Below are positions 24,201-34,102 of a DNA stretch of 39,289 bases, one piece after another (positions within the stretch are counted from its first letter, which is position 1; each line of letters begins with the position of its first letter). The notes under the pieces are model-generated. The model did not search any database and was not told the DNA's origin. It saw only the letters and a program-made list of their open reading frames with translations. The translations under genes and the position numbers were made by a program. This stretch comes from Vicugna vicugna (lineage: Eukaryota), in contig MU057990.1 in NCBI GenBank assembly GCA_013265495.1, forward strand, positions 62,001 through 101,289, in the 5' to 3' direction.

Positions 24201-27200
24201 AATAGTGTCTATTAAGAGGATTTTTTTTGGTTCTAAGTAAGAAACTTATTGAGTACATACTACAAATTATTTACTTGATAATATTTGTTAAATTAAGCAT
24301 TACCTTTTTTTGGGTGGTCTGATATTAGAAATAAACAGTATAAGTTTTTTTCAGATATATAATGCCAATCTATGTAATCTGAATTTTAGTACTAGTGTAC
24401 TTTTATAAACACAGAGTTTTACCCTTTATGTCTGGGTCTAAAATGAATATGTTGACTTAGACTAGACTTTATAGTAACAAAATGTGATCTTAAATGTCTA
24501 TGAATGTAATTCTTACCCATGGTTTCCATCTTCTCCATGAGTCAATCATAATTTTGACACTAGACAAGAGAAAAAACTATATTAAGTTATTTGTCTTCCT
24601 AGTCCCCTCTCTCTGTTTGCTGTGGTAGTACAGAGAAGCACAGGAAAATGTTTAATTATCCATTTTTCTGTGATCTGCAATTGCAGTTTGTTCAAAGGGG
24701 TTCTTAAAGTGTTATCTTTCTTAAGTAGTAAGAAAGGACAGTGGCAATATAGATCTTTTCATAACATACTATGTACTTTCATTTTAGACCAAACTAGAGT
24801 CAGAACGAATACTAGCATCAGTGGGGAAGAAACCTCCCCAGGAAATTGGAATCAAAGTGAAAAATCATCCTGGAGGTGGTGTGTCCTTGACTTACAGTAA
24901 AAATTTTAGAAAACTATTGAAAGAAATCATAGGAGAAACTGCACCGAGACTGACAGAATTGAATACCAAAGAATTTGCTGGCTTCCAAGTAGGACTCTTA
25001 AACAAGGTAAATTGTGACATAAATAGCTTATATGTTTGAACTTGTCTGATACATTTATGTCTTTCATATTAATTTAGTTTTGAAATAATTACAATCGTGT
25101 TTTGGACTTCATAGCTATTAATGGACCAGTTTAGGAATTATCCGGCCAGCAGATGCCAATGGATTTAAATGATGTATTTGCGGGGTAAAATCTGTGAAAG
25201 ATGAAGGGGAGAAGGAACAGGAGTGAGCAGGGAGAGCCTTCAGATCCCTTGATCCTGTCCAAAATGTCCATAAAACATTTGGTGCACACCAAAAGGTCCT
25301 TGAAATGTGGCCCGATCCAAAACATATCCATGAGCATATTTGGTTCATGCCAAATGATTTTGGACAAGACCAAATATCAAGGACCTTTTGGTGTGGACCA
25401 AATGTCTCCATGGACATTTTGGACAGGACCAAATGTCTGCTTAACCTTCAGATCACACTGCTGAACTAGCACCTGTGAGAGGATGGGGGAAGGAAGGAAG
25501 AATGGGTATGAAGCACCTCAGACATTAGTATAGCTTCTAGAAAGTCTTGGCCAGCTCAACAGGAACCTCTGGCACCATGATTTCCCAATAGAGGAGGTCC
25601 ATGTTGGGCAGAACTGGCTAGCCCTAACATCCCCCTGACCATTCTCAGTCACTGGCTGGGGGCATCCTGGGAAGAGCATGGCCCCGGCTCAAATGCTGCA
25701 GCAGATCCCTAAGGTACTGCAGCTGGAGGTGCTCGGCTAACTGTCCTCCTTGTAGGATTTAGCCATTGCTTCCTGGGTGGACGTCCCAGCAGGTCACCTC
25801 CATGGCTGCCCAAGGAATACATCTAGATTATGAACAGTGGACCTGCAAGGCTGTCACAGGCATAAATCTCAGGATTTCATGTTTTAGTTGACATTCAAAA
25901 AAGGATATCCCCAGTGGCTTTAATGCTACATGGGTGTATTAGAATTCAGAATAGGGCCAGCAAAGGCAAATTTTCCACTGGGAAAATTCTACTGTATTTA
26001 GCTTTAATGAATATCCCTCTCTTCACAAAGATTTTAAGAGGATTAAGAATTACATTTCTATATTAAGAGCCTCAGGAATAACAGAAATTGTTTCATTTCA
26101 AATAGGATTTGAAACCTCAGACATATAGAAATGCTTATGATATTCCACGTAGAGGTCTTTTAGACCAGTTAACCAGAATGAGATCCAATCTGCTGAAAAC
26201 GCACAAGTTTATTGTCGGACAAGATGAAGGTAAGTGAATGTAGAAGTATTTTTTGGTGATAGGAAAATGTCAAACCTGACTTACACGAAGATGTTTATTG
26301 CATAACGAGTAAGTTATTTTGTAATCCTTTAATATTTATAATGCCTCTTTTCCCTGAATCCCTTCATCTACCAGGGCACAATTTATTGTTCTCGGGTTTA
26401 AGAGAAAGTGTACGTTCATCAGCACATATATTACACCACGCATGCTTTAGCTCTTGTAAGTCTCAAAACAGCCCCATGAGATAGACACTGTTTTATGCCC
26501 ATTTTATGGACATTGGAACTGAGAGTGAGCACTTTAGTAGTTTGCTCAGGTTTAGAGAGTGGGAAAGTGGCAAAACCTAGGTCTATCAGATTTAGGAAAT
26601 TGCCCACCCCAACACTATACCACCCAGCCTACTTGTCATGATTTCAATCTGAATTCCTCATTTACATGAAGAAAATGAACCTGATATTGTCCAAGATAAT
26701 TGGTGATGGTGTGCAATTCTCCTTTATTCCATTCTGTTCACTTTAAACAAGGTCATTTGTCCATTAAAATGAGCAACTCTTAGCCTGGCCAAACTCCTGA
26801 AATTATACACAAAGTTTTTTGGAGGGGAGGGAAGGAACTTTTCTAGAAAGAGAGTCCATCAATTTAATCAAATTTTCCAAGAGGGTAAGGCCCACTAACC
26901 AAGGTTCTCTGGATGATAAGAGAAACCATGGAGCCCAGACTCTTCAAAACACAGAAAATATGGTGGTTTGAGTTGGGATGGTGGTATAAAGAATGGCAGC
27001 CCATTCTCAAACCTGGTATGATAAGTAAGGGAGTTGTTATTAGCCTAGTGGTTTGAGCTTGTAGGCGGTAGTGATGGTAGACTGAGTAATGAGTAGGATG
27101 AAGAGAGAAGATTTTAGATCCTAGAATACTAGATTTGAGATTTTAGACTATCAGTTTCCAAGATACACAGTGCTAACCCAGACTATGATCATGTCCTCTG

Positions 27201-30200
27201 AAAAGGACCATACCCTTCAACTGTATACCATCTGTTTCTTTTCCGGTGATTTTGCAGATTCCCTTCATAGTGTTCCAGTTGCACAAATGGGTAACTATCA
27301 GGAATATCTTAAGACATTGGCTTCTCCACTTCGAGAGATTGATCCTGATCAACCAAAAAGGCTACATACTTTTGGCAATCCATTTAAACAAGATAAGAAG
27401 GTAGGATACTTGTTTCTATGTCTGCCTGAATAGTGATATTCTTGCTATAGTTCCTTTCTTCTTGGCAAAATATGTATAAATCAGAGGTTCTCCTTCTGTT
27501 TGTGTAAAAGATAAAATATGACGCCAGGGTTCTTTGTGAATGGAAAGTGGGAGCCTCCTGATGCAAGAGTGTGTTGGTTAAAAAAATGATAGCTGACATT
27601 TATTGAGCACCTAGTAGCAGCAAATGTTTTAAATGACCACAATTAATGCTCACAACCATTCTGCAGATGAGTGTTACTATCTGCCCTCTAATATGAAGAA
27701 ATCAAGGCTCACGTGGTCAGTGGCTTACCTTGAGTGACACAGCTGAGAAGAGCCAGGATTTGAACCCACATCTTTCCAGCTCCAGAGTCTGTATTTGTTC
27801 CCACCTCTACACTCCAATTCCTTTAATATTGAGGTCACCATTTATTTCCTCTGTTTACATTATTCAGATTTCTAGTGCTCTATCTAGACAGTGATGAAGT
27901 ATTCCTCTTGAAATTTAAAGACTAGGTAATGTTGCTTTATCAGATTGTCCTACCAGAGATATAAATGTGAGGGGTGTGTGTGTGTGTGCGTGTGTGCGTG
28001 CGTGTATGTGTGTGTGTCTCTGTGTGTATATATGAGAGATATACTGATTGAGCATATAAGCATGGAGACAAATGAGGATTATATCTGCATTCATGGAGGA
28101 GACCATTGTTATTAAGGTGCAGACCATGCAGTAATGTCTTCTGTAACAAAACTAGAAGGAAAGATATTCCACTTCACTCAAATCCTCAGTTAACTGGAGT
28201 CTTTCTTAATCTTTCTGTGTCTTGGTTTCCTCATTTGTTGCACTGGAGATAATTATTACACCTAACTAACAGAACTCGGTGGAATATTAAGTTAGTACAT
28301 GTATACCATTTAGAACATTACCTGACATGTAGTACATACTCAGTGAATATGTTTTCCCCTTTCTGTACTGTTTTGCTTTGGGCAATGCTTTGGAAAAGTA
28401 ATTTGTCATGATTTTATTCAACTAATGGGTTAGCCTTGGATGAGAACAGCTTTTAGTTAACCTATACTGCTGGCTCTCATCTTTTATATACCCGCCAGGA
28501 GTAAAAAGCCCTCTCCTTCCTTGTTGAACATCCCCGAGGTGGACATACTTGAATCTCTGTGAGGTTGCTGTTGGGAGAATGACGTTTTCTATCTATCTGC
28601 CCTTCACCATTGACATGCAGCATTCTGTACAGTGATTATCAATATTTCCTAATGATGAATATAAAGCACAAAAGCACACAAAAGGGAATTAGTTCCCTTA
28701 CCAAGGGTTGATGCAAAATGACTGATACCTCTTCAGAAAGCTAGCTGTAGGTTTATTCCCATTTTGGTTTATGAGAGTTGCTCATTCCCCCAAGCTTTCT
28801 GATTAATCATGATTGATTTATGTTTGACCTTGGACAACACCTTCCATCTTAGTTTCCTCCTTGTTCCACTTAGATTGAATTAAAATTGAGTAGCATTTTC
28901 TGTGTGGGGCATGGCACATCTTTGGCCCATGATTAAGGTCGGTATTGCTGATGTAAAGCATGATTGTATATGCATATGGAGAGTGCTTGCAGTGTTGTCT
29001 TCAATGGAATATGTTCATTGATGTTTTTTAGGGAATGATGATTGATGAAGCAGATGAGTTTGTAGCAGGGCCACAAAACAAAGGGAAACGTCCTGGAGAA
29101 CCCAGCAGTCCTCTGTCATCTAAGAGAAGGCGGAGTATGTCCCTGCTGTTGAGAAAACCACAAATACCACCTACTGTAACTAACCATGTGGGCGGAAAGG
29201 GACCACCCTCAGCCTCGTGGTTCCCATCTTATCCAAACCTCATAAAACCCACCCTTGTACATACAGGTATAGAGTAGTGGTTGTGATTTCCTTATGGCTC
29301 CTAGAGGATTAAGACACTAAACAATTTTCTTTTCATTTGTATTCATTTCTTTTGTATTTGGTTTTTGTTCACTAAGTAAGCCATTATTAAATCATCGATG
29401 TGGTAGGTACCAAGGGCCCTGTGGGGAGCAGAGACCCTGTTTCAAGGATCTCAATCTATATGAGGGGAAGATCTCTACTTACATAGTAATTAGTGCAAGA
29501 TGGAGAAATGGAGAGAAATGTGCGTGTTTGCTTTGTCAGGGCATGGCATAAGGAGGTGCAGCCATTTGGAGTGGCTGCATGAGTCAGAATGATGAAGCAG
29601 GTTCCCGAGGCTGTAGGAGCAAATGGGCTCAATAAGAGGCTGGGTCTACATATGATTTCTGTGCCCTCATCTCCCTTCCATGCTCTAACTCTGTACAGTC
29701 TAGCCCAGCCTTCTCCATGCCTCTGAAACAGGTCTCATCAAGGTCCCCAGGGTCAGCCACGAGTTGCCATTACTTCCTAGCATCTTTGGACACAGTTGTT
29801 CACTCTCTCCTACATGGAACCTTTCTTGGGTTCCCAGACACAACAAACTCCTGGTTCTCTTTTGCCTTTAATAGTGACCCCTTTTCATCCTCCTTTTCTG
29901 GTTTCTTGCCTTCTTTCCCACCTCTAAATAGCATAGGGACTGAAAGCTTGATTCTGGACCCTCTCCTCATCACTGTACCCCCTCCCTAGATGATCTCATG
30001 CAGTCCCAGGGTTTTAAATAAGATTTACATTTCAACAACTCAGATATTTATATTTATACTAAACTACAACTGGCTCCAAACTCCAGACTCAAATTTAGCT
30101 ATGGACATGGTAACATGTCCAACATGGACATGGACAACAGAGAGAGCCTTCAGATCTAATGGCCACCACCTCTGTTTCCTCAGAACTTTTGAGGTAGAGA

Positions 30201-32336
30201 GGAGGGAGTTTGAGGGGGGCACATGTAGGCTGGTGTCAAGCTCAGTAGAGCATGGCATTTTATAGATAAATTACAGAAATCATGAGATCAAGTGAGACTT
30301 TCTGCTTTTCAGCTGATAAAGCACAAGCTGCAGCTAAACCCTCCACTCCAGGGAGCTGAGAATGTTTATTAGCTGTATTGTCTTACTTGGTTCCGTATGT
30401 ATTCATGGTGCCATGATGAGAAGAAAGTAGTTTTTCTCCTATTGGCTTCCTGAGCTCAATTTGAGGGGTCTCAGACTCCACCTGGTACATCCCCTTGCTT
30501 TATAAAATAATTTCCTCAAACCTGAGGAACACTGGAATCTACCTATGGGTTGCTATAATGCACCTGCCTCATATCTCAACTTCTTAATTTGGTTTCCAGA
30601 TGTTACTGTCACTCACGATGTCCATGAGGAGAAGATGGAAAATGGTCAGATCTCACCTGATGTCTTCTTGTCAAAATCTGCTGCACCAGAGCTTATGAAT
30701 ATGGCAGGAGATAGTATTCTACCCAACCAGTTGGATCCTGTGTCTGATGACTTCACTAGTCTCAGGAAAGATGCCCTTATCCACAAACCTGGTAGTAATG
30801 CACTTATAGGAGGAACCAAAAACTGCAGCGTCTCTGTAGATGATCAGAAAGTCTTAATAACATCTGCTTTGGAAACTGTGCCAAATACGTTGCAAATAAC
30901 TCCTGCTATGGCGCAAGGAATCAATGCTGATATAAAACATCAGTTAATGAAGGAAGTTCGAAAATTTGGACGAAGTAAGTAGTGAAAGAACGTCAATCAA
31001 TAATAGAATGGGAGGTCCATCTCATTTTATGATTCAGAGGAGATTCAGGCTATCTCTTAAGGTGCATTTTGGGGAAGTATTGGGTTTTCACATAATTTAA
31101 AACGATTCCTCTTGCTTCAGCTAAAAATATGCAATACCCCTTTTTCTCTTTTTTTTCCCTCTTTCTTATTGTAATAGTTTCCTTTTGCTGCTGTAACAAG
31201 GTAACCACAAACTTTGTGGCTCGAAACTGTATTATCTTATAGCTGTGGAAGTCAGATCTGAATTATTTTCAGCGAGCTAAAATGAATGTGTTGGCAGGCC
31301 AACATTCCTTCTGGAGGCTGTAGGAAGAATCTGTTTCCTTCACTTGTCCAGCTTCTACAGGCCACCCGCATTCCGTAGCTCATGGTCCCTTCCTTCATCT
31401 TCAAGCCTGCAATGTTAACACTTTCTCTTTTCTCTATCTTCCCATCCCAAGATCCATAATTTAATAACATCTGCAGAGTAAAGTCTCTCTTGCCACACAA
31501 GGTAACATGTTTACAGGTTCCTAGAATTAGAACATGGACAACTTGGGGGGCATTATTCAGCCAACCACATTTGGGTAGTGTTTACGGAGTTTCCCTAGCA
31601 GATATGTACAGGTGTTTTGATTTGAGTGTTTCGAATACGAACTAGTACCAACTTTCCACACACAAAGAATGATTACTGAGGATGCCTAATGACTGAATGT
31701 TATTTTTCGTGCATATTTTAATACTAATTTTTTAAAATATCTTCAGAGTATGAAAGAATTTTCATTTTGCTTGAAGGAGTGCAAGGACCTCTTGCAGTCA
31801 AGAAACAATTTGTTGAATTTACCATCAAGGAAGCCGCAAGGTAGGTGTAAAGAGGAACTCTTCGTTTTTCTCTTTCTTTGTTTAAGCAGTAGGGCCCAGT
31901 GCAAGACAGGTGGAGGAATTCATGCTGACTTGCTTTCCTAAGCCCTGGTCCTCATTCAAGGTTATGGCTGTCTCTGGAGGCATTTAGATATCATCTGTGT
32001 CCAACTCATTCACCCAAGTCTGTGGAGCCTTCTAGGCGTTTCACAGTCTGAGGTGGGCTTGGGCTCTCAGTTGGCACTGTTGGTTTTTGCTAAGCCCTAT
32101 CTTTACATGAAGATCCATTTTCTATTTCCCATGTAGATTGTCAGTTCCACTTTGTGGAACTGCACTTTGCCCATTATAAGTGCTTCAAGGACCTTTTGGT
32201 TAATAAAATTTCTCTTCATATTTTTAGGTTCAAAAGACGGGTCTTAATTCAGTACCTCGAGAAGGTTCTAGAAAAAATAGATTCCCACCACCTCATCAAC
32301 AGCGTTAACCACATAGACAGCAGATCATCATGTTAA
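6068..32336 (+). CDS. INTS6L: INTS6L (DDX26B) multi-exon coding region, 5'-incomplete: 16 exons, 835 aa in window
   Basis: Exons join in phase with GT-AG boundaries and no internal stop; lengths 150+90+184+129+164+153+133+95+111+219+124+143+235+375+94+109=2508 nt. N-terminal vWA-region peptides ([48 protein letters not shown]) and the C-terminal INTS6/SAGE1/DDX26B/CT45 domain match the INTS6 family. Paralog-type residues ([19 protein letters not shown]1-like segment) indicate INTS6L rather than INTS6. Confidence 0.95.
7033..7122 (+). CDS. INTS6L: INTS6L coding exon (likely exon 4)
   Basis: ttttag|GGG...GAG|gtgaga; [30 protein letters not shown] (not in ORF track). Confidence 0.95.
7359..7542 (+). 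CDS. INTS6L: INTS6L coding exon (likely exon 5)
   Basis: tttatcag|CTT...GGAG|gtattg; [34 protein letters not shown]...MCEVTG. Confidence 0.95.
7818..7946 (+). CDS. INTS6L: INTS6L coding exon (likely exon 6)
   Basis: tacag|GTCGC...GAAG|gtacag; [42 protein letters not shown]. Confidence 0.95.
8783..8935. mobile_element. hAT-Charlie MITE (Charlie4z-like)
   Basis: ctgtggttcctgacc...cctttgagaagct...gacccttctccctagaaaaatg...aatttcaggggttc...tttaaaaacacctg. Confidence 0.65.
9141..9300. mobile_element. Second Charlie4-like MITE
   Basis: caagagttcttaacc...gagattctgatcaaagcta...cagaaaaatgcacat...cccctgaagcc...catggacctcag; similar to the copy at 8783. Confidence 0.6.
10176..10339 (+). CDS. INTS6L: INTS6L coding exon (likely exon 7)
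   Basis: ttctag|ATGGA...CTA|gtaagt; [54 protein letters not shown]. Confidence 0.95.
12492..12644 (+). CDS. INTS6L: INTS6L coding exon (likely exon 8)
   Basis: tttttag|CCT...CAG|gtactt; [51 protein letters not shown]. Confidence 0.95.
13032..13300 (-). mobile_element. Short retroposed insert with 20-bp TSD, AATAAA and degenerate poly(A)
   Basis: tggaagta(c/t)aagatattttt at 13012-13031 and 13301-13320; T-rich tract 13027-13063; tttatt 13068-13073. Confidence 0.85.
13825..14145 (+). mobile_element. Ancient L1M (L1MC/L1ME-type) 3' end
   Basis: gttctatttcttgatctgggtgctgatgacat...ctttgagctgaatacttataattcatgcacttttttgaatgtatgtttatatttcaatgaaa. Confidence 0.75.
14490..14606 (+). mobile_element. 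MIR/MIR3 fragment
   Basis: ctggattctaaccctagctctgccacccactatgtggtcttgg...ttagatgttctctaa...aaattctatgac. Confidence 0.6.
15236..15298. repeat. (ATATA)n then (TA)n microsatellite
   Basis: atataatata repeated, then tatgtatatatatata. Confidence 0.95.
15400..15510 (+). mobile_element. L2 3' terminus
   Basis: gcaccagtgcctggcttataataggctcctcaataaatatttattggatgaaaaatgaataaatg. Confidence 0.7.
16007..16139 (+). CDS. INTS6L: INTS6L coding exon (likely exon 9)
   Basis: tctcag|GTA...TTAG|gtaagt; [44 protein letters not shown]. Confidence 0.95.
17213..17930. mobile_element. Mosaic of old L1 fragments: minus 3' end (about 17213-17290), plus ORF2 piece (about 17291-17432), minus ORF1/5' piece (about 17440-17930)
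   Basis: ttttattttgagataattatagattcacatgc (L1M 3' end, antisense); [25 protein letters not shown] (ORF2, sense); minus-strand ORF1-like ...[23 protein letters not shown]. Confidence 0.7.
18421..18680 (+). mobile_element. MIR SINE, near full length
   Basis: gtgtagcctcatagtg...ctttgtgaccttgg...ctgtgcctcagctctttcatctgtaaagtggggataatggtagtacctacctc...agtaagtgctcaataa. Confidence 0.88.
18980..19217 (+). pseudogene. 5'-truncated processed pseudogene (3' UTR end only), resembling HNRNPA3 mRNA
   Basis: AATAAA 19185-19190 then A7 at 19211-19217; ctctaaactttccctgttcagagcatcacatgaagacttcattgggttttatagtggctttctg matches my recollection of the HNRNPA3 3' UTR (needs BLAST). Confidence 0.7.
19246..19373 (+). 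mobile_element. tRNA-derived SINE, Vic-1-like, with 18-bp TSD
   Basis: A box tagttcagtggtagag, B box ggttcgatccc; exact TSD ttaattatttaagcacta at 19228-19245 and 19374-19391. Confidence 0.9.
19740..19950 (-). mobile_element. MIR SINE
   Basis: cctcagaacaatcctgcgtggtaagg...cattttatagatgaaggcacagaaaaggtgaagtaatt...agattcaaaccc. Confidence 0.7.
21370..21464 (+). CDS. INTS6L: INTS6L coding exon (likely exon 10)
   Basis: cttgcag|ATGAC...TTA|gtatgt; [31 protein letters not shown]. Confidence 0.95.
22458..22568 (+). CDS. INTS6L: INTS6L 111-nt symmetric (phase 0-0) exon (likely exon 11), probable cassette exon
   Basis: cttatag|CCA...CAG|gtagta; [37 protein letters not shown]; weak donor. Confidence 0.92.
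24788..25006 (+). CDS. INTS6L: INTS6L coding exon (likely exon 12)
   Basis: ttttag|ACC...AAG|gtaaat; [27 protein letters not shown]...[12 protein letters not shown]. Confidence 0.95.
25125..25812 (-). mobile_element. ERVL solo LTR (LTR40-like), interrupted by a palindromic insert
   Basis: agggagagccttcaga...acctgtgagaggatgggggaaggaagg...cagtcactggctgggggc...gcagctggagg...cacctccatggctgccca follows the recalled LTR40 consensus in antisense. Confidence 0.7.
25247..25446. mobile_element. Palindromic foldback/MITE-like element with 8-10 bp TSD
   Basis: Inverted arms 25251-25322 and 25358-25430 (about 62/73 matches by hand alignment); direct repeat ccttcagatc at 25237-25246 and 25445-25454. Confidence 0.8.
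26106..26229 (+). CDS. INTS6L: INTS6L coding exon (likely exon 13)
   Basis: aatag|GAT...GAAG|gtaagt; [41 protein letters not shown]. Confidence 0.95.
26420..26630 (-). mobile_element. MIR SINE
   Basis: tctcaaaacagccccatgagatagacactgttttatgcccattttatggacattggaactgag. Confidence 0.7.
27258..27400 (+). CDS. INTS6L: INTS6L coding exon (likely exon 14)
   Basis: tttgcag|ATTCC...AAG|gtagga; [47 protein letters not shown]. Confidence 0.95.
27590..27815 (-). mobile_element. MIR SINE
   Basis: agctgacatttattgagcaccta...gaagaaatcaaggctc...gtgacacagctg...gagccaggatttgaaccca. Confidence 0.8.
27974..28032. repeat. (TG)n/(CG) alternating purine-pyrimidine microsatellite
   Basis: gtgtgtgtgtgtgtgcgtgtgtgcgtgcgtgtatgtgtgtgtgt. 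Confidence 0.9.
28180..28352 (+). mobile_element. MIR SINE
   Basis: cttaatctttctgtgtcttggtttcctcatttg...ggagataattatta...cctgacatgtagtacatactcagtgaatatg. Confidence 0.7.
29032..29266 (+). CDS. INTS6L: INTS6L coding exon (likely exon 15)
   Basis: tttttag|GGA...ACAG|gtatag; [43 protein letters not shown]...LVHT; basic NLS-like KRRR. Confidence 0.93.
29650..30110 (+). mobile_element. L2 fragment
   Basis: gcatctttggacacagttgttcactctctcc...ttgggttcccagacacaacaaactcctggttctc...ccctagatgatctcatgcagtcccagggttttaaata. Confidence 0.7.
30600..30974 (+). CDS. INTS6L: INTS6L coding exon (likely exon 16)
   Basis: tttccag|ATGTT...CGAA|gtaagt; [16 protein letters not shown]...[18 protein letters not shown]. 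Confidence 0.93.
31170..31569 (-). mobile_element. MaLR solo LTR (MLT1C/D-like)
   Basis: TG...CA termini; tgctgctgtaacaa...ccacaaactttgtggct...ttccttctggaggctgtaggaagaatctgtttcc...ggggggcattattcagccaaccaca. Confidence 0.85.
31747..31840 (+). CDS. INTS6L: INTS6L coding exon (likely exon 17), C-terminal INTS6/SAGE1/DDX26B/CT45 domain
   Basis: cttcag|AGTAT...GCAAG|gtaggt; [30 protein letters not shown]. Confidence 0.95.
32228..32336 (+). CDS. INTS6L: INTS6L last coding exon to stop codon
   Basis: tttttag|[39 protein letters not shown] (TAA 32334-32336). Confidence 0.95.
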
Positions 32337-33210
32337 TGCAAAGACCAAGGAGACAAAAGAACAAGTTTTCTCTGCCGTAGGATGCAATGGGATATTGTTG
32401 AATATCCTATAATGTTTTAGTCAAGGGAATTAATTGCCTTCCAGAGGCTAAGAAAAGGCAGTGAAGCTTTTTGTTTTATGATTCCCTAGCAGTAAAACCT
32501 GACTTTTGCCTTACAAGTTTTCTTTGAAAGTATTAATTTGTTGTTTTGGTGTTACATTTCCCAGTTGAGAAAGGTGATGTTATTAGTCCAGCAGGTTAAA
32601 TTCAGTAAACACTGTCGCCCCGACCACAAATGATAAGGGTTCACTCTTGAACTTGGCTGTCCTGGGCATTTCCAGAGTGACCAGGGGCCACCTGTAGGTA
32701 GAGCACTACTTGGTGCTCCTCCTATGTCCTTTAGAAAGAATAGGTGCTCAGATTCTAACTGGTTATCTTGTGTGTGCTGAACAAAGTTTTTGACAATTCC
32801 TAGTTGTGCCTTTTAAACCATGAAATATTCAGGACAATTTGAATCAAAGAGCAAGAAAGCTGCTATTTGGGTAACTTATTTCTCCATGGGAGTGGGAAGG
32901 GAGAGTCACCAAACAGTCTACCTCCAACTCTTTTCTATTTTGTCTAGAGACATTACAAGTGCACCTGAGGCTACCCCAACCCCTGACATCTGTTCTCATG
33001 TGTGACCACAGAAAGTCTTCAGGTGGACTTGTGCATTCTGTGCTTCAGAAGCACTAAAAGGAAAAAAATGTATATATTTCCTTTAATGTTTATACAAAGG
33101 TTTATATGGAGCAATATTGTTGTTTGTATTAATTTGCAAAAATTTAAGTGTACAAAGAGATTTTGACTTTGCATATATAAAATAAATCATTTTATTGAAT
33201 TTTCACAAGT
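32337..33210 (+). other. INTS6L: INTS6L 3' UTR (end approximate)
   Basis: AT-rich sequence with no repeat I recognise, from the stop codon to the poly(A) signal. Confidence 0.75.
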
Positions 33211-33255
33211 TCATTAATGCTAGAGAATGTCTTTGTCTTTCTTGTGATGTGTTAT
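33181..33255 (+). terminator. Polyadenylation signal AATAAA with downstream GU/U-rich element
   Basis: AATAAA 33181-33186, upstream TGTA motifs (33069, about 33125, 33149), downstream tgtctttgtctttcttgtgatgtgtt at about 33228-33254. Confidence 0.8.
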
Positions 33256-33299
33256 TTCAGAAAAAAGTGCACAATGTTAAATCAAAATATTAATATGAG

Positions 33300-34100
33300 G
33301 ATTTAAACTTCAAGATGGTACTCACAGAACTGAGTGATATTGCTGAAAGTGGTGTAGGGTACTCTGGGGGTTAACCCCTCTCCAGAAACACTGAAAACAC
33401 AGGGGAAAAATGATTGGGGTCAAATTTATTGGAACGCTGGAAGACAGTCAAAAGTTTACATCAGCCAAGCGAATGTTGAATCAGGAGAAAAGCCATTGAA
33501 ATGTGATAGAATTTTGTGGCATTTTAACTTATTCTTGCCCCTGCCCCACTTCCACCCACCCCTCAGTGTAGCAGTGGCCTTGAGGATATCGGCCTGCATT
33601 TCAAGTGTGAGTTCCTGGCTCTGGAGGGAGGAGAGTAGACCTTATTCCCAAGGATTGTGTTTGTTTAAACCTGTCTAGAGGCCTCCCTGAAGGACTGACC
33701 AAGGGGGCTGATTGCTTTTCTTTTGCTGAACTCCAAACTCTCTTAGGGTGGAGAAGCAGCTACATGAAGGATGTTCCTCAAAGACATTGAAAGGCAGTTG
33801 AGCAAGCTGCTGATGCCTATGGCAAACAACAGACATGCCAAAATTCTGGAAAGAGAAACTGGGGAGTGAATATTTTGGAGAATGAGGGCTTTGAAATGTT
33901 CCCTTGTATACCAGGGGATCTAGAAAACCATGTGTGCCCAGGGCAGAACTCAATCAGAAAAGACTGGAGAAGACCATAAGATTTCACCTCTAGCTAATCT
34001 TTAGGTTGAGCATAATAATGGCTACAACTAGTCAGAAGATGAATAGGGAAAAAGAGGACTTGAACAACACTGTTTTTTAGACACCTATGAAAAACCCACA
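33300..34100 (+). mobile_element. Ancient L1M 5'-end fragment with a short ORF2-like piece
   Basis: ggaacgctggaagacagtcaaaagtttaca...gttgaatcaggagaaaag...ttttgtggcattttaactt resembles old L1 5' UTR; agaggacttgaacaacact is ORF2-like. Confidence 0.55.
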
Positions 34101-34102
34101 CC

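Noticed and set aside
25247..25444. CRISPR-like array or piggyBac element
   Set aside because: Mammalian intron; the units are inverted and lack unique spacers. TTAA occurs on one side only and there are no CCC...GGG termini. The overlapping ORFs are by-products of the repeat.
6068..32336. INTS6 itself or an INTS6 processed pseudogene
   Set aside because: Introns and an intact frame exclude a retrocopy; the C-terminal half carries INTS6L-type sequence.
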